A stretch of 64,000 nucleotides of DNA from Dysgonomonas sp. (lineage in GTDB: Bacteria > Bacteroidota > Bacteroidia > Bacteroidales > Dysgonomonadaceae): contig JAWDXK010000021.1 of NCBI GenBank assembly GCA_032477155.1, positions 272-64,271 on the forward strand, given 5' to 3'. Position numbers and translations under genes: made by a program. Positions within the stretch are counted from its first letter, which is position 1. The number at the start of each line of letters is the position of its first letter. Positions 18,297 through 27,070 of the stretch are shown piece by piece. The notes beneath the pieces were generated by a model. The model saw only the letters and a list, made by a program, of their open reading frames with translations. It searched no databases and was not told the DNA's origin.

Positions 18297-20306
18297 ATGC
18301 AAAATGAAGATGATCTGCGCGGATTGGCTAAAGTCATGGACTTTATGCGTGCGCTATCCATATTGTTCGTAGTGATACACCTGTATTGGTTTTGCTACGG
18401 GGCAATACATGACCTGGGCTTTAATATCGGCGTAGTCGATAAAATCTTGATGAATTTTAACCGTACCGCCGGACTGTTTACCTCTATCCTGTGGACGAAA
18501 CTTTTTGCGGTGGTTTTTCTCGCGCTTTCCTGCCTCGGTACGCGAGGCGTCAAAGACGAAAAAATTACCTGGGCGAAAATCATTGTCTGCCTGACCGCAG
18601 GCTTTATCCTGTTTTTCTTTAATTGGTGGCTGCTTGCCCTGCCGTTCCCGGCGGAGGCAAATGCAGGGCTTTACGTCCTTACCATGACCGCAGGTTATAT
18701 ACTCCTTCTTATGGGCGGCGTATGGCTTTCCCGATTACTGAAAAATAATATGTTTGACGACGTTTTCAATACCGAAAACGAATCTTTCCAACAGGAAACG
18801 CGGCTACTGGCAAACGACTATTCCGTAAATTTACCTACCCGGTTTTACTATAAAAAGAAATGGAACGAGGGCTGGGTAAACGTGGTAAACCCGTTCAGGG
18901 CGTCGATTGTGTTAGGTACTCCCGGTTCCGGGAAATCCTATGCCATTGTGAACGGCTATATAAAACAGCAAATCGAGAAGGGTTTTAGTATGTATATCTA
19001 TGACTTCAAATTTCCCGACCTCTCGACTATTGCATATAACCACCTGCTGAATAACCGCGAAGGCTACGAAATTACGCCGACGTTCTATGTGATTAACTTC
19101 GACGACCCTTCCCGGTCGCACCGCTGTAATCCTATTAATCCCTCTTTCATGGAGGATATAAGCGACGCTTACGAAAGCAGCTATACGATTATGCTTAACT
19201 TAAACCGTACCTGGGTAAGCAAGCAAGGCGATTTTTTTGTGGAATCTCCGATTATCCTTTTCGCCGCGATTATATGGTACTTGCGGATATACAAGGGTGG
19301 GCAGTATTGCACCTTCCCTCACGCGATAGAGTTTTTGAATAAGCCCTACGAGAAAATTTTTCCTATCCTGACAAGCTACCCGGAACTGGAAAATTACCTT
19401 TCTCCTTTCATGGATGCCTGGCTGGGAGGCGCGGCGGATCAGTTGCAGGGGCAAATAGCGTCGGCAAAGATACCGCTTTCGCGTATGATTTCCCCGGCGC
19501 TTTACTGGGTCATGTCAGCGGACGAGTTTACGCTGGATATTAATAACCCGGCAGAGCCGAAAATTTTAGTCGTAGGTAATAATCCCGACCGTCAGAGCAT
19601 ATACGGGGCGGCGCTGGGGCTGTATAATTCCCGTATAACGAAGCTCATTAATAAGAAGGGACAGCTTAAAAGCAGCGTCATAATCGACGAGTTACCCACG
19701 ATTTACTTTCGCGGGCTTGACAATCTTATAGCCACCGCCCGGAGCAACAAGGTTGCCGTCCTTTTGGGCTTTCAGGACTTTAGCCAGTTAAAGCGGGATT
19801 ACGGCGACAAGGAGGCCGCCGTAGTTATGAACACGGTAGGCAATATCTTTTCCGGGCAGGTCGTAGGCGACACGGCAAAAACTTTGTCTGACCGCTTCGG
19901 GAAAGTCCTTCAAAAGCGGCAGTCCATGACGATAAACCGCAATGATAAATCCACCTCGATAAGTACACAAATGGATAGCTTGATACCCGCGTCGAAAATA
20001 TCAAATCTTACGCAGGGTATGTTTGTCGGAGCGGTGGCGGATAACTTTTCGGAGAGGATAGAGCAAAAGATTTTCCATGCCGAGATAGTGGTGGATAGCC
20101 AGCGAGTAGCCGCCGAAGAAAAGGCGTATAAGAAAATACCCGTCATTGCGGACTTTACCGACGAGCAGGGCGTGGATAGGATGAAGGAGCAGATACAGGA
20201 GAATTACGACCGTATCAAAGCCGAAGCCCGGCAGATTGTCGAGGACGAGATACAGCGTATAAAGGACGATCCCGACCTTTGCCACCTGTTACCGAAAGAA
20301 GAATAA
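18297..20306 (+). CDS. mobC: MobC type IV coupling protein (YWFCY domain)
   Basis: YWFCY motif, Walker A GTPGSGKS, IIDELPT, ATARSNKVAV. Confidence 0.96.
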   Translation: MQNEDDLRGLAKVMDFMRALSILFVVIHLYWFCYGAIHDLGFNIGVVDKILMNFNRTAGLFTSILWTKLFAVVFLALSCLGTRGVKDEKITWAKIIVCLTAGFILFFFNWWLLALPFPAEANAGLYVLTMTAGYILLLMGGVWLSRLLKNNMFDDVFNTENESFQQETRLLANDYSVNLPTRFYYKKKWNEGWVNVVNPFRASIVLGTPGSGKSYAIVNGYIKQQIEKGFSMYIYDFKFPDLSTIAYNHLLNNREGYEITPTFYVINFDDPSRSHRCNPINPSFMEDISDAYESSYTIMLNLNRTWVSKQGDFFVESPIILFAAIIWYLRIYKGGQYCTFPHAIEFLNKPYEKIFPILTSYPELENYLSPFMDAWLGGAADQLQGQIASAKIPLSRMISPALYWVMSADEFTLDINNPAEPKILVVGNNPDRQSIYGAALGLYNSRITKLINKKGQLKSSVIIDELPTIYFRGLDNLIATARSNKVAVLLGFQDFSQLKRDYGDKEAAVVMNTVGNIFSGQVVGDTAKTLSDRFGKVLQKRQSMTINRNDKSTSISTQMDSLIPASKISNLTQGMFVGAVADNFSERIEQKIFHAEIVVDSQRVAAEEKAYKKIPVIADFTDEQGVDRMKEQIQENYDRIKAEARQIVEDEIQRIKDDPDLCHLLPKEE

Positions 20307-20310
20307 AAAC

Positions 20311-20340
20311 AGTAAGAGCCGCAAATTTGCGGCTCTTACT
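20311..20340. terminator. Palindromic terminator between convergent genes
   Basis: Perfect 30-nt palindrome agtaagagccgcaaatttgcggctcttact. Confidence 0.75.
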
Positions 20341-20369
20341 ATGTATAAGTTTTCCTAAAAACTCACTTC

Positions 20370-21155
20370 TCAAAAAGGCAAGTCGTCATTTTCAGTAAAA
20401 GTATTGAGTTTCTTAATATCTGTTGGCTGTTTAAGGTCAAACAAATGAGTATTCTGCAAAATAAAATTTACACCTTTCTCTGAAAGAGAACAAACAGAAT
20501 ATTCATTTCCATTAAAATCGCTATCAATTTTTGTAGTTATAAAACCTTTTGACTTTAATAGACGCATCCCTATACTTGTGGCAGTATCATTAAATCCGGC
20601 TTTGCTCATTCTGCTTCGAAGTTCATATACATTTGCTACTTCCTCGTCGGTATATTGTTCACCAACGATAAAAGCCAAAAGAGATAGTTCATACGGTTGT
20701 AATCCATCCGTTTCCTTTATAGGACTTTCGAGTATCTTCTCTGTCGTTTTTTGGGATTGAAGATAAGCATTAGTTTTCTCTATGATTTTATTTTTTAATA
20801 TCTCAAAATCGCTGGCAGATTCAGTTTTATATCGTATGATATTTTTGTGCCTTACGTCGAACGGAAAGTCTTTTCGTCCTTCATCGCATACCATCACTAC
20901 ATCTTTCTCTAATGCAAAAGCATATCCTAATTCATACCACACATTTGGATTATCCACTGAAATATCTGCAAAACAAATTTCAGCATTTTTAATTCGCAAC
21001 TCAATATCTTCAATCGGAACTTTAACGGCAGGGTCTAAATCCACTCGGTAAGCAGTAAGCCCAACAGACTCTATTGCAGGTTTGTATATATCTTCATATC
21101 GTTTAGTAAATTTCTCATCACTAATAGGTTGTATCACAAAACATTCTTTACTCAT
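20370..21155 (-). CDS. Nucleoside 2-deoxyribosyltransferase/TIR-like domain + winged helix protein, C-terminal DDLPF
   Basis: CFVIQPI...AYRVD...FADISVDNPNVWYELGYA...PFDVRH (NDT-like, Glu retained). wHTH-like LLKSKGFI...SLSEKG. Own -7 TACCTTTG at 21232-21225; AT-rich. Confidence 0.8.
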   Translation of the reverse strand: MSKECFVIQPISDEKFTKRYEDIYKPAIESVGLTAYRVDLDPAVKVPIEDIELRIKNAEICFADISVDNPNVWYELGYAFALEKDVVMVCDEGRKDFPFDVRHKNIIRYKTESASDFEILKNKIIEKTNAYLQSQKTTEKILESPIKETDGLQPYELSLLAFIVGEQYTDEEVANVYELRSRMSKAGFNDTATSIGMRLLKSKGFITTKIDSDFNGNEYSVCSLSEKGVNFILQNTHLFDLKQPTDIKKLNTFTENDDLPF

Positions 21156-21273
21156 ATCGAAAATTTTATTGCTTCAAAAATAATAATTTATAGGGAGCTA
21201 TAATTAATATAGCTATTCTGCTTCCAAAGGTACGAAATGTTGTTGATAATTTCCTTTGAAATCAGATATTTCA

Positions 21274-21345
21274 ACGCCACTCCCGGACACAAGCTGCCGC
21301 CGTCTTAAAACCTTGCAATCAGTCCATTACTTCGGTTTACCTTCG
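21274..21345 (+). promoter_or_regulatory. Putative promoter of DUF3945-topoisomerase operon with third copy of activator-like motif
   Basis: acgccactcccggacacaagctgccgc (21274-21300) is 21/27 to the reverse complement of the tra motif. -7-like TACCTTCG ends at 21345, at the same spacing. Confidence 0.6.
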
Positions 21346-21387
21346 TTCTGCATTAATAGTAATGCAGAATTAAAAACCATTTTCATT

Positions 21388-22938
21388 ATGGCAAAACAAA
21401 GCAAAAAAGACGAGCCTTTAGTGTTACTATCTATCGGCGCGGACGGTAATTTGAAAGTCGTTTCTGGGATGAATCCGAACGGAACGCTTAATACCGTCAA
21501 TCCCACAAAAGAGAACTCGGACAAATTCTTTGAAATTAATTCCAACGGCAACCCGCTGGAAAATTTCATGCAGAAGTTTTCCGGGCAGTATGAAACCCCG
21601 TCGCATATCGGACTGTATGCGGTGGCAGTAAGTGCGGTCGAAAAAATTTCCGCTTTCCTCGACAAAATCATTAAGGTTAATCCTGATGATAAGGTACTCG
21701 ACCCTTATAAGGTTAAGCCCGAAGGCGAGGCGCAGGCACAGGGAAAGTACCAACCGCTCGACCTTAATAAAGTCGATTGGAAGGACGCCGAAAAGCTGGG
21801 TATCTCCGGCGACGATCTGCGCGACGCGCTTAAAGCAATGGCCTACGGCCATAAATCCCCCGGCCTGGTTGATATTAAGGCGAATATCGACGGACAGGAT
21901 ATTACCGTCAAAGCCCGACTGTCCCTGGAGCAACAGCCCGACGGTAGTATCAAAATCCAAACCCACCCCAAACAGGAGCAGCCCGATTTCGATAAGCCGT
22001 TTATGGGCGTGAAGTTTACCGACGAGGATATAAAGCAATTCCAACAGACGGGTAACGGTGGCCGGGTATTCGACCTGGAGCCTGTACCCGGCGGCGAAAA
22101 AGTGCCGTCGCTCGTTTCGCTCGACAAAATGACTAACCGCTTCGAGGCTATGGCAATCGCCGATATTAATATCCCGCAGACGTTGAAGAACGCCCAGCTT
22201 TCCGAAGAACAGCAAGGCAAGTTAAAAGCAGGCGAGGGGGTGCTGGTCGAGGGCATGGATAAGAAGGTAAAGCCCGGCGAAGAGCCTTCCAAAATCGACC
22301 GCATTATCCAGTACAACGCCGCTAACCGCAATTTCGATTTCCGGTTTACCCCGGAACAGCGGGAGCAGCACCGCCAGGATCGGCAGGCAAAGCAGGAACA
22401 GGCCGGAGAAGATAAGCCGCTTAAAGCCCGTAAGGTCGGCGATATTTGGGTACGCCCCATTCAGGGCGGCGTGGAACTTTCCCGCGACCAATTCAAAAAG
22501 CTATGCGAGGGTACGCCTGTTTGGGTGGAAGGTATGCAGAAGCCCCAACCCAAACAGCAGGAAGGAGCGCAGCAGGTCGAAGCCACCGACAAGAAAGGGC
22601 AGAAATACAATGCCTGGGTATGGCCTGACCCGGAGAAAGGCCACGTCCGCCATACCTCAAAACATCCTGACCAGGTGCGGGCGATTGAAGCAAAGCAAGC
22701 CGCGAAAGAGGGTAAGAACGTCAAACCCGCCGACGGCCATAAGACACAGGTAGCCGTGAATAATGACGGTAAAACCAACGAATCGACGAAGCACGCCCAG
22801 GGCAAGGGCGAAGCGTTGAAGTCCGGGCAGACTAATCCCACTGCCAAACAGGACGAGAAGAAGAAGGAGAGCCAGCAGCGCCGACAGTCCCCGGCAGCTC
22901 CGAAGAAAGGCAGAAGTAAAGGCGTAGGGGGCTTGTAA
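21388..22938 (+). CDS. DUF3945/DUF4099-type CTn protein
   Basis: NPLENFMQKF, VDWKDAEKLGI, ARLSL, QTGNGGRV, SLDKMTN, HKTQVAVNNDGKTNE. Likely start is MAKQ at 21388. Confidence 0.85.
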   Translation: MAKQSKKDEPLVLLSIGADGNLKVVSGMNPNGTLNTVNPTKENSDKFFEINSNGNPLENFMQKFSGQYETPSHIGLYAVAVSAVEKISAFLDKIIKVNPDDKVLDPYKVKPEGEAQAQGKYQPLDLNKVDWKDAEKLGISGDDLRDALKAMAYGHKSPGLVDIKANIDGQDITVKARLSLEQQPDGSIKIQTHPKQEQPDFDKPFMGVKFTDEDIKQFQQTGNGGRVFDLEPVPGGEKVPSLVSLDKMTNRFEAMAIADINIPQTLKNAQLSEEQQGKLKAGEGVLVEGMDKKVKPGEEPSKIDRIIQYNAANRNFDFRFTPEQREQHRQDRQAKQEQAGEDKPLKARKVGDIWVRPIQGGVELSRDQFKKLCEGTPVWVEGMQKPQPKQQEGAQQVEATDKKGQKYNAWVWPDPEKGHVRHTSKHPDQVRAIEAKQAAKEGKNVKPADGHKTQVAVNNDGKTNESTKHAQGKGEALKSGQTNPTAKQDEKKKESQQRRQSPAAPKKGRSKGVGGL

Positions 22939-22970
22939 TCCGATTTTTCAAACCACTAAAAAAATCAAAG

Positions 22971-25082
22971 ATGAAAGTTATAATAGCAGAAAAGCCCAGC
23001 GTTGCGCGAGATATTGCCAGCGTTTTAGGCGTAACCAATAAGCAAGACGGATTTATTGAAGGTAACGGCTATGCCGTTACGTGGGCGTTCGGCCACCTGG
23101 TCGGGCTTGCCATGCCCGAAGCCTACGGCTTTACGGGCTTCCAACGTGAAAACCTGCCGATACTCCCGAAGGAGTTTACCCTCATACCCCGCCAGATAAG
23201 GGAAGGCAAAGAGTATAAAGCAGACCCCGGCGCACTCAAACAGCTAAAGGTTATTAAAGACCTGTTCAGCCGCGCCGATGAAATTATAGTAGCTACCGAT
23301 GCCGGACGCGAAGGGGAGTTAATATTTCGCTACATATACAATTATGCAGGATGCCGCACCCCGTTCCGCCGTCTGTGGATAAACTCACTTACCGACCGTG
23401 CTATCCGCGACGGCTTCCAAAGCCTTCGCCCAGGAAGTGATTACGATAACCTTTATTACTCCGCCAAAGCCCGCAGTCAGGCGGATTGGATAGTCGGCAT
23501 AAATGCCTCGCAAGCGCTTTCCATTACGGCAGGGTACGGCGTCTGGTCCCTCGGAAGGGTACAGACCCCAACCCTCGCTATGATCTGCTCGCGCTACCTG
23601 GAGAATAAGGATTTTAAGCCGCAGACTTATTTTCGCTTGAAGGTGCATACAGCGAAGGACGCGACGGCTTTTGCAGTCCTTTCCGCTGATAAATTTGTTA
23701 CCCGGACTATTGCCGAAGAAGTTGCGGCACAGGTCAGAGCCGACGGAGCGGTAACGGTTACAGGCGTGGAACGTAAGGAAGTCCACCAGGAACCGCCCCT
23801 GTTATACGACCTTACCGCCTTGCAGAAGGACGCCAACAAAAGGCACAGCTTTTCGGCGGACAAGACACTGACAATAGCCCAGGCGTTGTATGAAAAAAAG
23901 ATGATTTCATACCCGCGTACAGGTTCTCGTTATATTTCCGCCGACGTACTGGAGGAAATACCGCACCTGGTCGCTACGCTCCGGGCGCACCCGAAATTCG
24001 GGGCGTATATCGACGCCCGGTTTGATACTTCGCTTAATACCCGTCCGGTGGACGATACGAAAGTAACCGACCACCACGCGCTGATTATTACGGAAGATCC
24101 CGCTGTCGGGTTATCCGCAGATGAACAGCTTATTTACGACATGGTTGCCGGGCGTATGCTTGAAGCCTTCGGAGAGCGTTGCACCAAAGAGAACACCGCC
24201 GTAACGTTTGACGCTGGCGGCGCACACTTTGTCGCAAAGGGCAGTATAATGTTACATCCCGGCTGGCGTAATGTTTGGGGAGCCAACCAGGAAGAAACAG
24301 CGGAAGAAGATTTAACCGTACTGCCCGACTTGACGGAAGGCGATAAGCTGGCCGTCCGTGATACGGAGGTGCAGGAGAAGCAGACCAAATCGAAACCCCT
24401 GCACACGGAAGCCTCCCTGCTTTCGGCAATGGAATCGGCAGGCAAAGAGGTGGAGAACGAAGAAGAACGCGAAGCCATGAAGGACGCAGGGATAGGAACA
24501 CCCGCGACAAGGGCGGCGATTATCGAAACCCTGTTTTCCCGTGAGTATATCGTGCGCGAGAAAAAAGCACTTGTACCCACGAATAAAGGGCTTACCGTTT
24601 ACCTGGCTGTCCGGGAGAAGAAGATAGCCGACGTTGCCATGACCGGCGGGTGGGAACACGCCCTTTCTAAAATCGGTACGGGCGAAATGGATGCGGCCAC
24701 CTTCCACCGTTCGATAGAGGTTTACACCTCGCAGATCACATCCGAATTACTGGATATGCCTTTCGAGCGGCAGGATAACCGCCAGTCCTGCCCTTGCCCC
24801 AAATGCAACAGCGGGAACGTAATTATTTACGCAAAGGTAGCCAAGTGTAATAATGAAGCCTGCGGGCTAACTGTATGGCGCACCATTGCGAAAAAGGAGT
24901 TATCCGATACGCAGATTACGTCGCTGCTAATGAATGGCACGACCGGGATTATTAAGGGATTTATAAGCAGTAAGACGGGCAGTACGTTCGAGGCCGCTGT
25001 GAAATTCGATACCGATTATAAAACCGTTTTCGAGTTCGAGAAGAAGAAAGGCGGTAAAGGCAAGAAGGGTAAATCCAGGTAA
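22971..25082 (+). CDS. topB: Type IA DNA topoisomerase III (CTnDOT Exc-like)
   Basis: IAEKPSVA, ATDAGREGELI, GRVQTPT, catalytic SYPRT, DHHA, GIGTPATRA and C-terminal Zn ribbon. Confidence 0.95.
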   Translation: MKVIIAEKPSVARDIASVLGVTNKQDGFIEGNGYAVTWAFGHLVGLAMPEAYGFTGFQRENLPILPKEFTLIPRQIREGKEYKADPGALKQLKVIKDLFSRADEIIVATDAGREGELIFRYIYNYAGCRTPFRRLWINSLTDRAIRDGFQSLRPGSDYDNLYYSAKARSQADWIVGINASQALSITAGYGVWSLGRVQTPTLAMICSRYLENKDFKPQTYFRLKVHTAKDATAFAVLSADKFVTRTIAEEVAAQVRADGAVTVTGVERKEVHQEPPLLYDLTALQKDANKRHSFSADKTLTIAQALYEKKMISYPRTGSRYISADVLEEIPHLVATLRAHPKFGAYIDARFDTSLNTRPVDDTKVTDHHALIITEDPAVGLSADEQLIYDMVAGRMLEAFGERCTKENTAVTFDAGGAHFVAKGSIMLHPGWRNVWGANQEETAEEDLTVLPDLTEGDKLAVRDTEVQEKQTKSKPLHTEASLLSAMESAGKEVENEEEREAMKDAGIGTPATRAAIIETLFSREYIVREKKALVPTNKGLTVYLAVREKKIADVAMTGGWEHALSKIGTGEMDAATFHRSIEVYTSQITSELLDMPFERQDNRQSCPCPKCNSGNVIIYAKVAKCNNEACGLTVWRTIAKKELSDTQITSLLMNGTTGIIKGFISSKTGSTFEAAVKFDTDYKTVFEFEKKKGGKGKKGKSR

Positions 25083-25101
25083 ATCACTATCTTTGCCACT
25101 G

Positions 25102-25200
25102 AAAAAGTCTTTGAGGTTATTGCAGATAGGGATGTTTGCTTTTAACTTCTTTGATTTTTTTAGTGGTGGCGTCCGGGGCTATGCTCCGGACGCTTTTTTT
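25102..25200 (+). ncRNA. Putative RteR-like small RNA (~100 nt)
   Basis: Perfect -7 TATCTTTG (25088-25095), no ORF, terminator gcgtccggggc-tat-gctccggacgc + T7 (25169-25200). Same position as CTnDOT rteR (after exc). Antisense matches to ICE mRNAs. Confidence 0.75.
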
Positions 25201-25262
25201 ATAAAGGCACGCCCCGCCTTATCTCTCGACAAAACGGGACGCTTGTAAAGAACAAAAAGAAT

Positions 25263-25589
25263 TTACTGCCTGAAATCTTCGTCTGTTTCCTCTCCCGGCT
25301 CCCCTTTTTCAAAATGCGACTGTATAAACGATTCTACGTCGCTTTCCCTGTAATAGGTCTTATGATAGATAGTTTGGTAGGGCAGTTCGCCCGAAGAACG
25401 GTAACGCTGTAAAGTACGCTTGCTGACATGGAGCAATTCGCATACGTCCTGATTATCCAACAATCTTTCGCCATCCAAAAAATTATACCTTCCCGACATC
25501 TGTTCCATATTATTATCCAGGCTGTCAAAACGCCCCATAAACCGCTCGAACCATTCCTGCATCCAGTTCATTAAATCATTATCTCCCAT
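25263..25589 (-). CDS. HTH_17 excisionase-like protein
   Basis: LDGERLLDNQDVCELLHVSKRTLQRYRSSGELPY, HKTYYRESDV. Confidence 0.9.
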   Translation of the reverse strand: MGDNDLMNWMQEWFERFMGRFDSLDNNMEQMSGRYNFLDGERLLDNQDVCELLHVSKRTLQRYRSSGELPYQTIYHKTYYRESDVESFIQSHFEKGEPGEETDEDFRQ

Positions 25590-25601
25590 ATCGCAAGCCT
25601 C

Positions 25602-25979
25602 CTATTTATTCACTTTGTTTATACTACCTGCTGTGCGACGCTGCTGGTATTCCTGATGTGCCCGGAGCAAATCGGCCTCCTGCCTGTACTTACTTACGAC
25701 TACCCGCCCGACGATAAGGCGCTGTATCTCCCGGAGCGTATAGCGTGTCCTGCCGCCCCGGATAGAATAGGTTATTTCGCCATTGGAGCGCAAGCGTTGG
25801 AGTGTCCGCAGGCTTATCTCCAAAATTTCGGCGGCTTCATCGTTGCCTATCCATATCTCCGACGGATCTGGAGGCGGCACAGCCTCTTTTTCCGATTGCG
25901 CTTTGATATAGTTATATACCCGGTCGATTTTTCGCACCAATACTTTATAGGCTTCCGAATCAATAGTTATTATTTTCAT
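25602..25979 (-). CDS. HTH_17 excisionase-like protein
   Basis: WIGNDEAAEILEISLRTLQRLRSNGEITYS..GGRTRY. Confidence 0.88.
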   Translation of the reverse strand: MKIITIDSEAYKVLVRKIDRVYNYIKAQSEKEAVPPPDPSEIWIGNDEAAEILEISLRTLQRLRSNGEITYSIRGGRTRYTLREIQRLIVGRVVVSKYRQEADLLRAHQEYQQRRTAGSINKVNK

Positions 25980-26030
25980 ATTCGTAACTCTTTGAATTTC
26001 TGCAAAGTTCGGGTGCGAAAATCAATAAAA

Positions 26031-26056
26031 CTGCCAACCTGTTACCAAGTTGGCAG
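26031..26056 (-). promoter_or_regulatory. Inverted repeat upstream of xis-like operon, candidate RteC site
   Basis: ctgccaacctg-ttac-caagttggcag (10/11 arms) just upstream of imperfect -7 GAACTTTG (26010-26003). Confidence 0.5.
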
Positions 26057-26090
26057 ATATTTATTTAGTTAAAAAACAGGGGCATAAAAG

Positions 26091-26128
26091 AGAAAATCAG
26101 CCGGATTTATGTTAAAATCGGGCTGATT
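26091..26128 (-). terminator. Probable terminator of DHFR-like gene
   Basis: aatcagccggattt/aaatcgggctgatt arms with a T-run on the minus strand. Confidence 0.5.
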
Positions 26129-26235
26129 CGGTATGTTTTCAGGGAAAATAAAAAAACTACCAAGTTGGTATAAACTTGATAGTTTTTCAAAATGCAGAAC
26201 TGCGATTAAATACCTTTATTGCAGCAATATAGTGT

Positions 26236-26745
26236 TTAATTAAGGGTATAACGAATCTTTGTTACCCCTTTATATTCTTCCGATTTTTCGCATTTAACAT
26301 TTACGTCGAAAGATTTGCCTAAAAAACGGATGCCGTCGCCGAGCAGTACGGGAACAATATAAAGGTTCAGTTCGTCCAACAGCCCATTGTTGAGCAGGAA
26401 TGTTATCAGATTACCGCCACCGATAACCGATATATCTCCGGCAGTTTCTTTCTTCAATGCGGAAATCTGTTCAAACTGATCGTTGAGCAGGAATTGCAGG
26501 TTTTTATTTGCGAGGGCAGAAAAATCATGGTGGGAGATAACATAGGTATTTTTGTAAGGCCAGATTCCGGCACATTGTTCAAAAATAGCCTCATAGGTGT
26601 TAAAGCCAGCCAAGAGTATTTCGGATGTTTGGTGTATCTCCGATATTTCCTTTGCGAGTTCTCCGGGTATCCAGCCCGTTTCTCCGTCCGTGTGCGCAAT
26701 ATAACCGTCCAGCGATATTGCGACGTGTGCCTTAATTTTACTCAT
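26236..26745 (-). CDS. Dihydrofolate reductase/RibD C-terminal-domain family protein
   Basis: AISLDGYIA, LAGFNTY, VIGGGNLI, LDELNLYIVPVLLGDGIR. Real start is MSKIK at 26745. Confidence 0.88.
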   Translation of the reverse strand: MSKIKAHVAISLDGYIAHTDGETGWIPGELAKEISEIHQTSEILLAGFNTYEAIFEQCAGIWPYKNTYVISHHDFSALANKNLQFLLNDQFEQISALKKETAGDISVIGGGNLITFLLNNGLLDELNLYIVPVLLGDGIRFLGKSFDVNVKCEKSEEYKGVTKIRYTLN

Positions 26746-26767
26746 ATTGTTATCGTATTTATATCGG

Positions 26768-26938
26768 AGAACGCCGGAGCAAAAAAGTAGCGTGGAACCT
26801 ACGCTGCTCCGACACGAGGTACTGGCATACCTTAGAGAAGAAACAGGCAAGCCCACGCTATACGATGATAGCATGAACATTGCACAGTTTGCCTCTTCTC
26901 TATTTGAAAATTGCCAGTTTTCGTGTCGAGGACGTTCT
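26768..26938 (-). ncRNA. Highly structured 5' leader or ncRNA upstream of DHFR-like gene
   Basis: Nested pairings cgacacga/tcgtgtcg, actggca/tgccagt, tagagaaga/tcttctcta, ggcaa/ttgcc, plus a hairpin with U6. -7 TATCTTTG at 27008-27001. Confidence 0.55.
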
Positions 26939-27070
26939 GCGAACGTTATGTTATATATCTATGCAGAATAAATCTGCGTTTTCATTCTATTTCCGTTTTG
27001 CAAAGATAGTGAATGTCCTTGAAACAATCCTTGTTTTTAATAGCTTTGTGCTAAAAGCCTCCTTACTAAT

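Noticed and set aside
22952..25167. 20-bp inverted repeats flanking topB read as an invertible DNA segment
   Set aside because: The right copy lies inside a promoter-terminator unit, a third copy sits in the tra leader, and no invertase is nearby. Antisense RNA explains this better, though inversion is not formally excluded.
26746..26971. N-terminal extension of the DHFR-like ORF and the 74-aa plus-strand ORF
   Set aside because: Family homology starts at MSKIK (26745). The region is better explained as structured RNA.
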